Of a DNA stretch of 64,000 nt, positions 1 through 10,689 are shown piece by piece (the first letter of the stretch is position 1; every line of letters starts with the position of its first letter). The translations under genes and the position numbers were made by a program. Below the pieces are notes generated by a model. It made no database searches and was not told where the DNA came from. It worked only from the letters and a program-made list of their open reading frames with translations. The DNA comes from Marsupella aquatica (lineage: Eukaryota; Plantae; Marchantiophyta), in assembly GCA_973895155.1 (NCBI GenBank), contig OZ316898.1:8605079-8669078 (forward strand), in the 5' to 3' direction.

Positions 1-16
1 GGACTCGTCATCACAG

Positions 17-1432
17 AAGGATGAAGAGGTGGATATTTATCCCACGAAGTTCGCCGGTAGCCAAGCAGATCGGTCTGTTGCGGCTGCTGCATCTGGAAAC
101 CCAGGTCTGTGAAGAGATTGAAAAGGAACCTCCCTTTAATATGTCTGTAAAGGCATGTTGCAATAGTTTAACCATGGGAGATGCTTAGCCCAGTTCTTAT
201 TTGAGAATCCCCAGAGCTAAGATGTACATAGAAGCTTCCTTGGGCGTATGCCAATATTACAAAGCTAAACTGACATTTATCACGTAGGTTTGTCAAGGAT
301 ACGCCGGGAATACCAGAACATTTAAAGTTTCGTTCTTAAGATCTAGTACGACCGAATGAGATAAGAAACTACCCAATTCGAGTTTTCAGTATTATCACTG
401 GTGTAAATTCTTTGATATTGTCAATATTGTGGTGTTTCTAGTCGTTGAGTCCGTGTGAGTTCTGAGATATGGTTGTCTTCTTTGGGCTTTGCATGATGGC
501 TTCAAATCACATATACAGCCACACCGTCAGTAGCTCCAGGAGAAGTGAATGAGGGTTCAAAATCTTCAAAAGGTGGGGAGACGCAAGGAAAGAAGGCTAC
601 ACCAGAGGTCAAGATTGCTCCTATCGATGTTACTAGATTGGACATAAGGGTGGGAGTGATCACTAAGGTTCAGAAACATCCAGATGCTGACTCCCTGTAT
701 GTAGAGGAAATTGATGTGGGAGAGTCGGCCCCCAGAACTGTTGTTAGTGGGCTCGTGAAGTTCATTCCTATTGATGAGCTGCAGGTCCGCCTCTTCCAAT
801 TCCCTACACTCCATTTTATTCAGGTCGTTTTACTTGATTTTGCAGGGAGTAGCTCTTGTGCTCGTGTAAGCTAGTCCATTGATATGTGTTTCTTGCAATG
901 TACAGAATTTGACCGTATGCGTTTTGTGCAACCTCAAACCTGTAAAAATGAGGGGAATAGTGTCACATGCTATGGTGTTAGCAGCGTCCAATGCCGATCA
1001 CACCCAGGTATACGCCTGATCTGGTCATAATGTACTCCTCTAGACGTAGTTGTTGCTCGTTCGTAAACTCTTGTGAGATCTTCTCTCTCATGAGTAATGT
1101 GGACGTATTACATATTCTGAATTCAATTCTGGTAGTAGTGAAACAAAAATGTGAATCAAATCTGCAACTATTGATGATGTATCATGCACTCTGATCTTCA
1201 GGTCGAGCTAGTTGTTCCTCCAGAAGGAGCTCAAGTTGGTGAACGAATCACGTTCCCTGGTTATGAGGGCGAGCCAGATCAACTCCTGAATCCTAAGAAA
1301 AAGGTTTGGGAGGCTGTTCAGGCAGATCTCCACACCACAGATGATCTTGTGGCCGTCTACAAACACACCCCCTTTACCACAACTGCTGGCGTTTGCAAAG
1401 TGCCTTCAATAAAGAGTGGAGCCATAAGATAG
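17..1432 (+). CDS. MARS: Cytosolic methionyl-tRNA synthetase, 3' part with C-terminal EMAPII-like/Trbp111 tRNA-binding domain (5' end lies outside the window)
   Basis: Exons 17-104, 519-784, 906-1007 and 1202-1432 join in frame across GT-AG introns: [19 protein letters not shown]...[29 protein letters not shown]...[11 protein letters not shown]...[25 protein letters not shown]...VELVVPP...LNPKKKVWE...[20 protein letters not shown]. The KFAGSQADR linker followed by this OB-fold domain is the C-terminus of plant cytosolic MetRS. Confidence 0.93.
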
Positions 1433-2769
1433 TCTTGACAGGACAGGTCTGTTGGATATCTTTTCGGATGTTCGTGCAGATTATAATTTTGGATCTATCA
1501 TCATTGATATAGGTTTTCTGAGAAGTACACATTTAGGAACACGGCACAGAGGATTGCCCACTTGTCTATATTGGCACCGCACAAATGGACAACAATTCAG
1601 TTCTAATTCTTTAATAAGAAAGCTTATTCTGCAATTCTATTCAATCCAAACACCGCAAGCTGTGGGAGTCGCTGTGGAGTTATCATGCCTTCTGTCTTGT
1701 TTAGAAAATATTCCTTGCAAGCACAAAAGACGGAAATGTGTTTTAGTTTGGAAATGGAAGCCCTGTTGGACTTCCACATTTACCAAAATGTTTGGACAGA
1801 CTATTGCGACCGGGATGAACTGCAGCAAAACCCTCATTTCTGCTCATATAGTACAAATTACGTAATTGAGTGGAATGTGGCAAGGAAACTGGTCAAGCTT
1901 GGAAATGTGTAGGCCTCTCAATTCTTATTGACTCACTGGAAAGAACTTTTGCAAGTCATTTCATCTTCTTTGGAAAGATCTAAGAGTGAAATGTGACTAG
2001 GAAATGAGTCATCTTGGGAATTTGTAGGTCTCTCAATTCTCAATAAGATTTGATAGGGTTAGACTCATTAGAGTTTTTGGGGAACGAGAAGGGCGATGAG
2101 TAAAACTGCGAGGAGGTGTCAAGTCAAGGAGTTCACTGGCTCGGTCCATGGGAGATTGTTTTCTTTATTTTGATAAGGGATGCAAAATTCCCCTCGTAAA
2201 CTTCATTCTATTATCCTTGCATGTAGAAACCTGTAACAGTAGCCTGCCTAAGAAGCCCTCCCACCAGAAGAAAAGATCATTCTGCGCGATCCGAAACTTC
2301 AGGTCCGTGTCCCTCGCTTGCTACATCTACAGTACATACTCAAAATGTCCAACATCGACTTTACTGCGATATCCGTTGCATATATAAACCTGTACAGTGT
2401 CTGCTTCTGTAGCCCTGCTCTGCCCGATCCGAAACTTCAGATCTATATCTTTCGCTCGATACGTCGACTTATTATCTACAGAAGACTCCTCCTCGACTTC
2501 TGTGCAGTAACATCATTCTCCGTTACTTCTGCTTTCTTTGGTGGCTGTCAAAAGCAGCTCACCTGGGTCGATCACGCTCTCTCAAAATCCCCAGAAATGG
2601 AACTCCTAAGTAGTCACTTTGGAGATGGGGACCTTTTCTCACAGGGAGACTTTGGATTTCGGATAGTTGCGGCATGCCGATACGTTTGTCTGTGCCGATA
2701 TTCAATCAGATAACATGGGCAACTATTTTATGCTACCACGAGACTCCCGTGTCGATAGTCTTGCGTAGT

Positions 2770-3994
2770 CTAGGCCTGCCTGCTGGGGTAATCGAGATCG
2801 TCACCGTGTTTAGCCAAAAAGTACACTCCTCCCTTCGGATCTCCAAGTTTATGTTCCTTCGAGAAAGTATGTACGTCGAAGTTGGGCCTATCTCGATCAG
2901 CAATCTTCAAATCTCCTTCCTGATAACCAATCCATTATGTCTCAGTTGGTCAGGTCATGGAATTGTCACATTTTCAAGTTCCTTAGCAGATCCCCAATCA
3001 TGTATTTGCTGCTATTAATTCATTAATGACCATTTACTACCCTGTCAATACTTTCTAGATGAGCTCTGAAAGAAAACTCATGAATGATGGTAGACCTATC
3101 AACACACCCAAATAAGGGAAATCAAAGGAAATCATCCCCCTCAAAGTTAGTAGTCGAATTTTAAAGCAATTTCATTAGTGAATGGATTGCTGGACAGTGA
3201 AATACCTCTTTGAAGATAAGAAAGACGTATCGGTGGACACCAGCGGGCGGCGCTGGGCCCATGTACGGCAACACTTCCTTCCCAGTTTCCCAGATTTCTG
3301 TCCAAATATCCATTGATTCAGCAGAACATTACCTTACAAGAAGTAAACTTCAAAGAATAATTTCAATAGAAGAACTATAAGCTTCATAGAATTTGGACGA
3401 TGGGACGTAACTTGACCAGCAATGATCCGTGGATACTGAAGAATTCAGAGAATTGGGACAATTATAAGGCAGAGTGATATGTTCCAGCAATGATCCGTGG
3501 GTACTGAAGAATCCAGAGAATTGGGGAAAATGATCCGTGGATACTGAAGAATTCAGAGAATTCGGACAATTATAAGGCAGAGTGATATGTTCAAGCAATG
3601 ATCCGTGAGTACTGAAGAATCCAGAGAATTGGGAAAAAGAGGGAGAATGATTTGTACCTTGATCAGGAGCGGTGGAACCAGGGATATTGACGACGAGCCA
3701 GTGCAGAAAGTTCCGTGCCGTGGGCGACTCCGGAGAAGGAGCGTCAGGATCCACCATCAGCAGCGTCCATTTGTCCTCGGCCCCTCCGAAGCCCTTACCC
3801 CGCAGCTCCACATGCGGCTTGATCTGCGTCCCCGCCACGCGCAGGTGCACACCGTTCTCCACCTCCACCTCCCTGTACTTCACCACAAGGTTGTACACCT
3901 CCGGCGGCAGCTGCGCCACCACGTCGGGTACTATCTTTCCCTTGGTCAGCATCTCGCTCACCAGCTTTCCTACGTGCCCTCCGGCCGCCGCCAT
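2770..3994 (-). CDS. MFT: PEBP-family protein, divergent MFT-like (about 192 aa, 3 exons)
   Basis: Exons 3994-3658, 3297-3206 and 2919-2770 have GT-AG boundaries and matching phases. Motifs: WTLLMVDPDAPSP, FLHWLVVNIPG, YMGPAPPAGVHRYVFLIFK, RPNFDVHTF..EHKLGDPKGGVYF. Assignment to the PEBP family is strong; MFT-subfamily assignment is by resemblance only. Confidence 0.9.
3421..3637. repeat. 108-bp tandem duplication inside PEBP intron 1
   Basis: Two near-identical 108-bp units, each holding two copies of ATGATCCGTG.TACTGAAGAAT.CAGAGAATT. It appears in the ORF track as a duplicated 36-aa peptide. Confidence 0.9.
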
Positions 3995-4009
3995 TTTACT
4001 CGATTGATC

Positions 4010-4600
4010 TATCAATCAACCCAACAATCAATCAGTTCCCCGGAATCCTGGATCACCTCGTTGATCAATTATCTGTGGCTGTGTCAAATCCTGGACAGGC
4101 AGCAACTGTTCTCGATTGTAAAAGTACTGCGCATAGATTTAAAAAGTTCCTCCGCTGCACAATGATCGCTTCAATCAGAGCTAGAGCGATCAATCAAACA
4201 ATCAGTTCCCCGCATCACCTCGTCGTTGAATTAACAACGGTGATATAAAAGATGGCCAGAAAAGGGACTATTAATTCTCGATCATTTGTAAGATTGTGGA
4301 CAGATGACAGATTAAATCAATTCAAAAGCCAGCCAGGAAAGAAGCTCCTCCGCAAGTTGCAGTTTCACCGCTTCGATGAGAGAAGCACAAAAATGAAATC
4401 AGATACACACTGAGGCAATTCTGGGCAATTCAGGCACGATGACCGCTTCGCTCAATGAGAGAACAATCGAGACCTCAAAATCAATTCAGAAGCCAGGTTG
4501 AAAGAAGTTCCTCCGCAAGCTGCAGTATGGCCGCTTCGATGAACACAAAAATGAAACAGTTACAGAAGCCTTGAGGCAATTCAGGCGGCAATTCAGGCAC
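4010..4600. repeat. Degenerate local duplications upstream of the PEBP start codon
   Basis: Repeated blocks: CAATCAGTTCCCCG...ATCACCTCG (two copies) and AAG(C/T)TCCTCCGCAAG.TGCAGT...CCGCTTCGATGA...CACAAAAATGAAA...TGAGGCAATTC (two copies). Confidence 0.7.
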
Positions 4601-4711
4601 CGATTGACGTAACGATCGATCGAAAATAAAATGTGAAACATATGGGGAAGAAGGAGAGGGATGGGATCATCATCAGGACGACAATCATACGTAAATTAAT
4701 TAAACGCCAGG

Positions 4712-4819
4712 TACGTGGCTGGGCGCATGTTGCGCATCGTACCTGGCTGGAGAAATCATGTGCGGCGTTGTTGAATGTGTCCAGCATGAAGAGGGCCGTA
4801 AATATACGAGAGCCACGTG
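4712..4819. promoter_or_regulatory. Pair of ABRE/G-box motifs upstream of the PEBP gene
   Basis: TACGTGGC at 4712-4719 and GCCACGTG at 4812-4819, about 0.7-0.8 kb upstream of the ATG. Motif match only. Confidence 0.4.
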
Positions 4820-5860
4820 CAAACTCAGTCAGCTTCTCGAATCGGAAACTCACACTTGTATATATTAAAGCACCTCTATTCTAGTATTGTGGAATAAGAA
4901 AATAAGGATAATAAAATAAGGATAATAAAATATGGCTCTCCCACTAACCCAAAGTATTATGGAAACTCTGGTAAAAGTTATGGAATCACATGAAAGCTCA
5001 TCTTCAGTTACCAGAAAGGACTTAACCCATAATTTTGCGCGACTTTAGGTCTAAATCTGGAAATCCAAGACTCCGGAACCCCGTAGGTGAAGCCTTAACT
5101 GAACTAAGGCTCAGGAACTTTGCACTTGATATGGTGACGGCTGCTACATTTAAGGTGATGGCTAGTCCAGAACGCGCGAAGGATAATTATATAATTATGC
5201 TATAAGACACAAGTAAGGCTGGAACTCCTGCCTTACCTTCAGCCAGTTTTTAGATTCTTTACCTTGGTCCCAGATATAACCAGAGGTACATATGGACCAC
5301 AAATCTATAACTTTTGGCAACTACCCAGCTTTGAGATGCCCTATTCAAGGTCTGTACAGGAATATTTGATTTAAAAACAAAAGGCAGCACTGATGGACCT
5401 AGAGTTGAGCAGTGTTGTCTGAGAATTATTTGATTTTTTACATTGAATGTTGTGCTACACTTCTAACAGAGCAGTCTGAGGTTAATGACATTGATACATT
5501 GATACTTTTTTTATCTAAATACATGGTTTATCTAGATACACAATTCATGTCAATTAGTGCCATCAAAGAATTAGGGTTAGCACAATTGAGTGTTACCAAC
5601 CCCAATTTTGGTAAAAGTGATTTTCAGTCCAAATAATACTAAATTTTGTTCAGTTTGTAAGTATAGTTTTTTAGTCTTTTGTTTAAATTGTAGTAAAAAC
5701 AAGGATTATCTTGAGTCCAAAGTAACACTAATTCTTGTGGATATATATCTATATTTCAAAATCCATTTCCCATCTATATTTCCACTCTTGAGACTACATG
5801 CAATGACACTAACTCATGTGTGCGGAAATAGTGTTCACACAAAACTAGTGTGACTAACAC

Positions 5861-6948
5861 TAATTACGAACCCCCATGGGAAGCTCCTTCCAAAATCAGC
5901 CTAGAAGCATGTGCAGCCACATCAGCACTGTTGGTCACAAATAAGAGCAGTTAGTTATGCAAGAAGAACCAAACGTGACTGTTTGTGTTTGAGACAAGGC
6001 AAAGGAAAACAACTCGACCTTGTAACTATAAAAACAATGGAAATTTGAAAAGTAACACTTCAAATAACAAAGAAATGGGTAAAATAGAGGTAAAAGAACA
6101 TAACCTTTGGATGGGTTGTCATTGATATATTAGTGTTTTCTAGTAGATTCTTTAAAATTTAGTATTTGATTGACAAACCCTTGAAATAACCATGGGTGAA
6201 CGAAACTATTCAGTTTCCAATGATAATGTAAGAAACTCTTCAGCTACTATGGACAGAGGAATGTCAAGGGAATTGTTGAGTATAGACGACAATCGCAACG
6301 GTAAGCACATGACACATCCAACGCGCAAGTAGTTGACACAAGAGATACGTGGTTCACCTCCTCGAGGCTACGCCCACGGGAACACACAAGAAAGCTTTAC
6401 TGAACTCTAAGCCCGTCGGCTATACCAAGTCTCCACAGTGTAAGCTATCCTCATCTCTCAAGTGGCTCCATAACAATGAGCCTAAGTTCCACTTATCCAA
6501 GCAAACACCGCTTGGCATATAGTGTGCATCCTAGTTAACCTAACCACGTCTCCGACTATGGTTAGTCTAACTATGGTTACGTGTCGTAACCCTAGACCTT
6601 GAGTAAATATCTAACAGGAATGTAAGAAAACTCTTCAACTACTACACATATAAACAGATGAATGTCAAGGGAATGTAAGAAACCCTTTAATTTGGTTACC
6701 CTGGAAATACCAAGGGAAAATAAGAAACCCCTTGGTTACTTTAATATTTTGCATGGACTCTATGAAATGTCATATGGGTTGTATAGACATAGGAGTACTA
6801 AGGGAATGTTTGGACTATTACCATCAATAGTCTCCTCTTTTTGTCCTCTCATCTCCATACTCAAACCTATTTTAATATGCAACTATTCATCTCTCAAACT
6901 TGTTGATTAACATCAAACTTACATAGCCAAGGGGTCCTCAAACTAATT
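5861..6948 (+). mobile_element. Non-autonomous element bounded by TA(A/T)TT, copy A (contains the solo LTR)
   Basis: Starts TAATTACGAACCCC and ends TAGCCAAGGGGTCCTCAAACTAATT. The ends are shared with copies at 47988 and 55376. An empty site is visible in the 39.3-kb copy of the host repeat. Confidence 0.75.
6274..6616. mobile_element. Solo LTR (343 bp), probably of Ty1/copia type
   Basis: TGTT...AACA termini and a perfect 5-bp TSD GGAAT (6269-6273 and 6617-6621). A paralogous empty site, ATGTCAAGGGAATGTAAGAAA, lies at about 6662-6682. The copia assignment is inferred from size and an ACGTGGTTC motif. Confidence 0.9.
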
Positions 6949-9260
6949 TGTGAGTAGACCCTGAAAATTGGCACTCTTGAATTAGTGTCAGTCACACTAA
7001 TGATCGTGAACAATGCATTTGATTACTACATTTACCATTTTTTCACACTACTTGTTGAGCAAACTAATTATTAATAGTACTTAGCTTGAAACAGTTTCAC
7101 ACTCATCATGTGGCCAGGTTTCACCATTGGATTTTTCTGTCCATGTCCTCTATCCTTAGACCATATCCATACACCTTGTGTAGTCAAATTATCAATAAGT
7201 GCTGCAATAAGGGCCTAGGCCTTGGCACTTTGAGAAATATATGCATCTGATTACTACATTTACCATTTGATTACTACATTTACCTTTGGACACAAGGGCC
7301 TAGGCCTTGGACTTTAGAGAGGTTTGACTGTAAGTTGATGAGTTTTGGACTCTTAGTGTTCCAAGGTTGCTTTTGGGGCATAAATTTCTATGGACTGGAA
7401 TATGTTTGTATTTGGCCAGTGTTACTTGATAGGACCATTGATTAACCTTGATAGACCTTGAATAAACATACCTTAAACCTCAGGGGTCACATCAAGTAAC
7501 ACTTCATTTTGGGGTCCTATCAAACAAATACCTCGAGAAAACCCTCTAAATCTCAACTTGAATGTGGTTTCATGATGACAAACTATAATTTATCATGATG
7601 GATTTTTATTTTGGGGTCTCATCAAGCAAATACCTCAAGAAACCACTCTAAATCTCAATTTGAATGTGTCCTCGTGACTATAAAGTAACCATAATTTATT
7701 TTCATGTGGAATGTTTTGAATTGTTGCACTCTGGAGGTGGCCTCTGGTCCCTCTTCTAAATTTTATGTTCACTATTTATAGAGGGCATCATGTATTCTCA
7801 TTACAGATGCTTTGAGAATGGATTGATTTGGCTCAATACATGTACCACTCCGTGAGCTAAGAGCTCTGTCTGGCCAAAAGCAATGTTGCTCTTAAATTAA
7901 ATATTGGAGCAATTTTTCTGTGAAAAATTGTGATCCATTCTTCTCACGGACGAACAAATTTGGAGCAGCACAGAAGAAATCAATCTACTACGGACGAATG
8001 CTAATTATACTGCGATTGTTATACACTGGCAGACAGATCATGACATCGTGGAGAAGTTCGCGTTGCGTCCCTGTCCTGATGGAGAAGAAAACATACAGAT
8101 ACATGACACACTCAAACACTCAACACTCAACACTCACACACTACCCTAAAGGCCCCTTGATTGAAATGCCTATGCTGCAAGCTAAAGCTCTTCCTACCCT
8201 GCAATAATGGAAACCCTCCTCTGTGTGGAGTTGCCCCAATCTATATTTCATAAAAGAGCGCCTCTCAAAAACAAGGACAGACGCAAGGAAAATAGATTCT
8301 GTTAGGATGAATTCACTTATTCTCCTAGAAGTAATGCTTGGGTATAGACACATTTTGACAGACTGCGCACCGTCACCAGAGAAGCTTTAGGTGGAATGCT
8401 CGAATGGAATAAACATGGTCTCCCTGGACTGGTAGGGCAAGTATCCGAATGAGCCCTCAGGAATCTTCCGGTCTTAGGAAGACCACAGAATGGTATTGTA
8501 GCGTTTCCCGAGCTTGGAAACTAAACTATACGAAAGTAGGAGTGACCTGCGATCTTGGGTTTCCAGGTGGAGAGGTACGAAGACGTTTCGGGCAACTCAA
8601 GGGGTATATCCAAGTGGTAGACATAGTGGACAACGGATGGCTTATCATCAGGTAAGTTTCTACCATGACAATTCATTCCCGCTGAGCAGGTATTAAGAGC
8701 TAAATATATTGGCTCCCTGGAGGAGGAAACTGCACGCATCACTCGCAATGTCCATCTAGTCTGAAGTATGCTGGTAGGAATTTACGGCGGCACTCTTGGA
8801 AACTTTAAAAATTCGTAGAAGAGGGTGGATGCTTTGCATGCCTACAGCTGTTGTCTTCCAATTTCTCCCTCTGTAGATCTTAATTGATCAATAAAGTAAC
8901 ACCTATTGAGTATCAAGCCCAATTTTAAACCCTACGTACGACAAATTTTCTTTCATTTTGAGCAGAATTGCAAATGTCGTCTTATTACTCGGCCGGTAGG
9001 CCCTCAACGTGTCCTCGCGACACATGAATTCCTATCATGATTACTAAACTCGTGCACGCATTCAAACAAATCTGAGCCGAATTCTGAAAGCCACGAAAAG
9101 CTTTCGTGACGAGGTGACATTAACCTGTAGTAACCAGGCTCACAAATAGACGCGGTAAGAACAGAGTATAACACGCTCATCAGCCAGGCAGTGTGGACAT
9201 AGCTCTCAAACATACTGTCAAGAGTATCTGCTTTCTTGAAAGCCAACTTGTTTAAACAGG

Positions 9261-10225
9261 ATGAGGTTAGACCGGGGTATTGTCCTGATAGGATTGGTCA
9301 TGGCTGGGAATGCTTGGTTCACAATAGCCGTCATTCTTTTTACTAGTGTAGTGCTTTGGCGTTGGAAGAAGACAAGGGGACAACAGCTTGACGATGAATT
9401 GGAATTTGAAGATGAGGCTGTGATCATAAATTCACCCGTAGCTGGTGAAGAACAGATCCCAAGAATGCCAGGGCCAGGGAATCAACCCCCATTTCAAAGG
9501 GCTATGAGAATGCTATCTACTGCATCCTCTGGCCCATGGGATGTATCTGAAATTTGCCAAGAGGAGATGCTAGAATTGACCTCTCTCTCTCCCTCAAACT
9601 TTAGAAATCCTCAAGGTAGAACTCCCATTTCTGATTCAGACAATGATGAATCTGAACAAATGTCAACAGCACATGTACCTGGTAAGATCCTCAATAGTCC
9701 AGGAATGCCTTCAAATGACTCATCCAATCAAATGTCCACTCTGGCAGGCATCCTTGACAGCAACTCAAATTGTGATAGACGAAACTGTGTATTAATTGAT
9801 CGTTCTCAGCATTGCTCATGGTTATTCTTTTGCATGATTGTACATGTGAGACATGCCCGGCAGTCAAATGTCCTGACAATTTAATGACGGTATAGAATTC
9901 TACCCTCTGTATATTTGATGACGGAACAGGCTTTAACGTCATGGAAATCACATGTTTCTGTGTAGGGAAGCATGCACCTGGAGAAACTTGTACCGTTTGC
10001 TGTCCAATTTCTCAGAGGTACGAGCGGCAGAAATTTGTTCTGTTGGCCACTTCGCCCATTCGCAGAGGATTGCCCCCACTCCAACTGGCTCCATCGAGTA
10101 GCATAAGTCCGTCATCTAGTGTTCATGGCAAAGCAACCCTACACCTTCCACCCGAGGGCATGGGAGAAGCAAATCACACATTCTCCACTTTCATTGTTAG
10201 TCCACAGATCGAGAGCATATATTAG
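9261..10225 (+). CDS. Hypothetical single-pass membrane protein (about 226 aa; possible additional upstream exon ending at 8651)
   Basis: Exon 9261-9681 (donor G|GTAAG) joins exon 9966-10225 (acceptor TGTAG) in frame. The hydrophobic segment AWFTIAVILFTSVVLW is followed by the basic RWKKTR and an acidic, Ser/Pro-rich tail. No family recognised. Confidence 0.5.
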
Positions 10226-10689
10226 TGTTGCCACTATACAATTCTACGCTCAAATCAGGATTTGCGGGGGCCTGAAAACTGTAATGAAAACAGAACTTAA
10301 TCGGTCTAAAATCCAGTGGATCCTTAATGAGATCTCCAGTCCTCTTAGACAGGTAAACTTCCACTCTGTACTCGACTCAATTCCATGGCAGGAGCGTAAA
10401 ACAGTTGTCCACCATAAGCTTCTGCAAATCTACCGCCTGAGCAACACGGGCATGATGCTCTAGTTGTAGGTTCTTTTGCAATTGCGCTGTTTAGACATAC
10501 TCTCAGATTAATGTGGAGTCCGAAGTTGCTTCTCCGAAGTCCTCATGGGCAAAATATCCACCTTACACATCAGACTTTCATCAACCATCCAGTAACTTTA
10601 GGTTATGAGAAGCTCTCGGGCTTGAAAGGTTTGTGAGCAAAAGAACTTGTCTGTAAGCGAAACAACTTGTAACAACGAAACCACAAGTT

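Larger units (their letters stand above)
5590..7005. mobile_element. Old dispersed AT-rich repeat (host element) interrupted by a nested insertion at 5861-6948
   Basis: 5590-5860 plus 6944-7005 match the reverse complement of 39314-39640 (e.g. TATCTTGAGTCCAAAGTAACACTAATT and TAATTTGTGAGTAGACCCTGAAAAT). Confidence 0.75.

Noticed and set aside
2674-3018. Plus-strand ORF containing LGLPAG..FSQK, reminiscent of a PEBP C-terminus
   Set aside because: It is on the wrong strand; the real last PEBP exon is on the minus strand at 2770-2919.
3605-4165. 186-aa plus-strand ORF
   Set aside because: It is the antisense shadow of the GC-rich PEBP exon 1.
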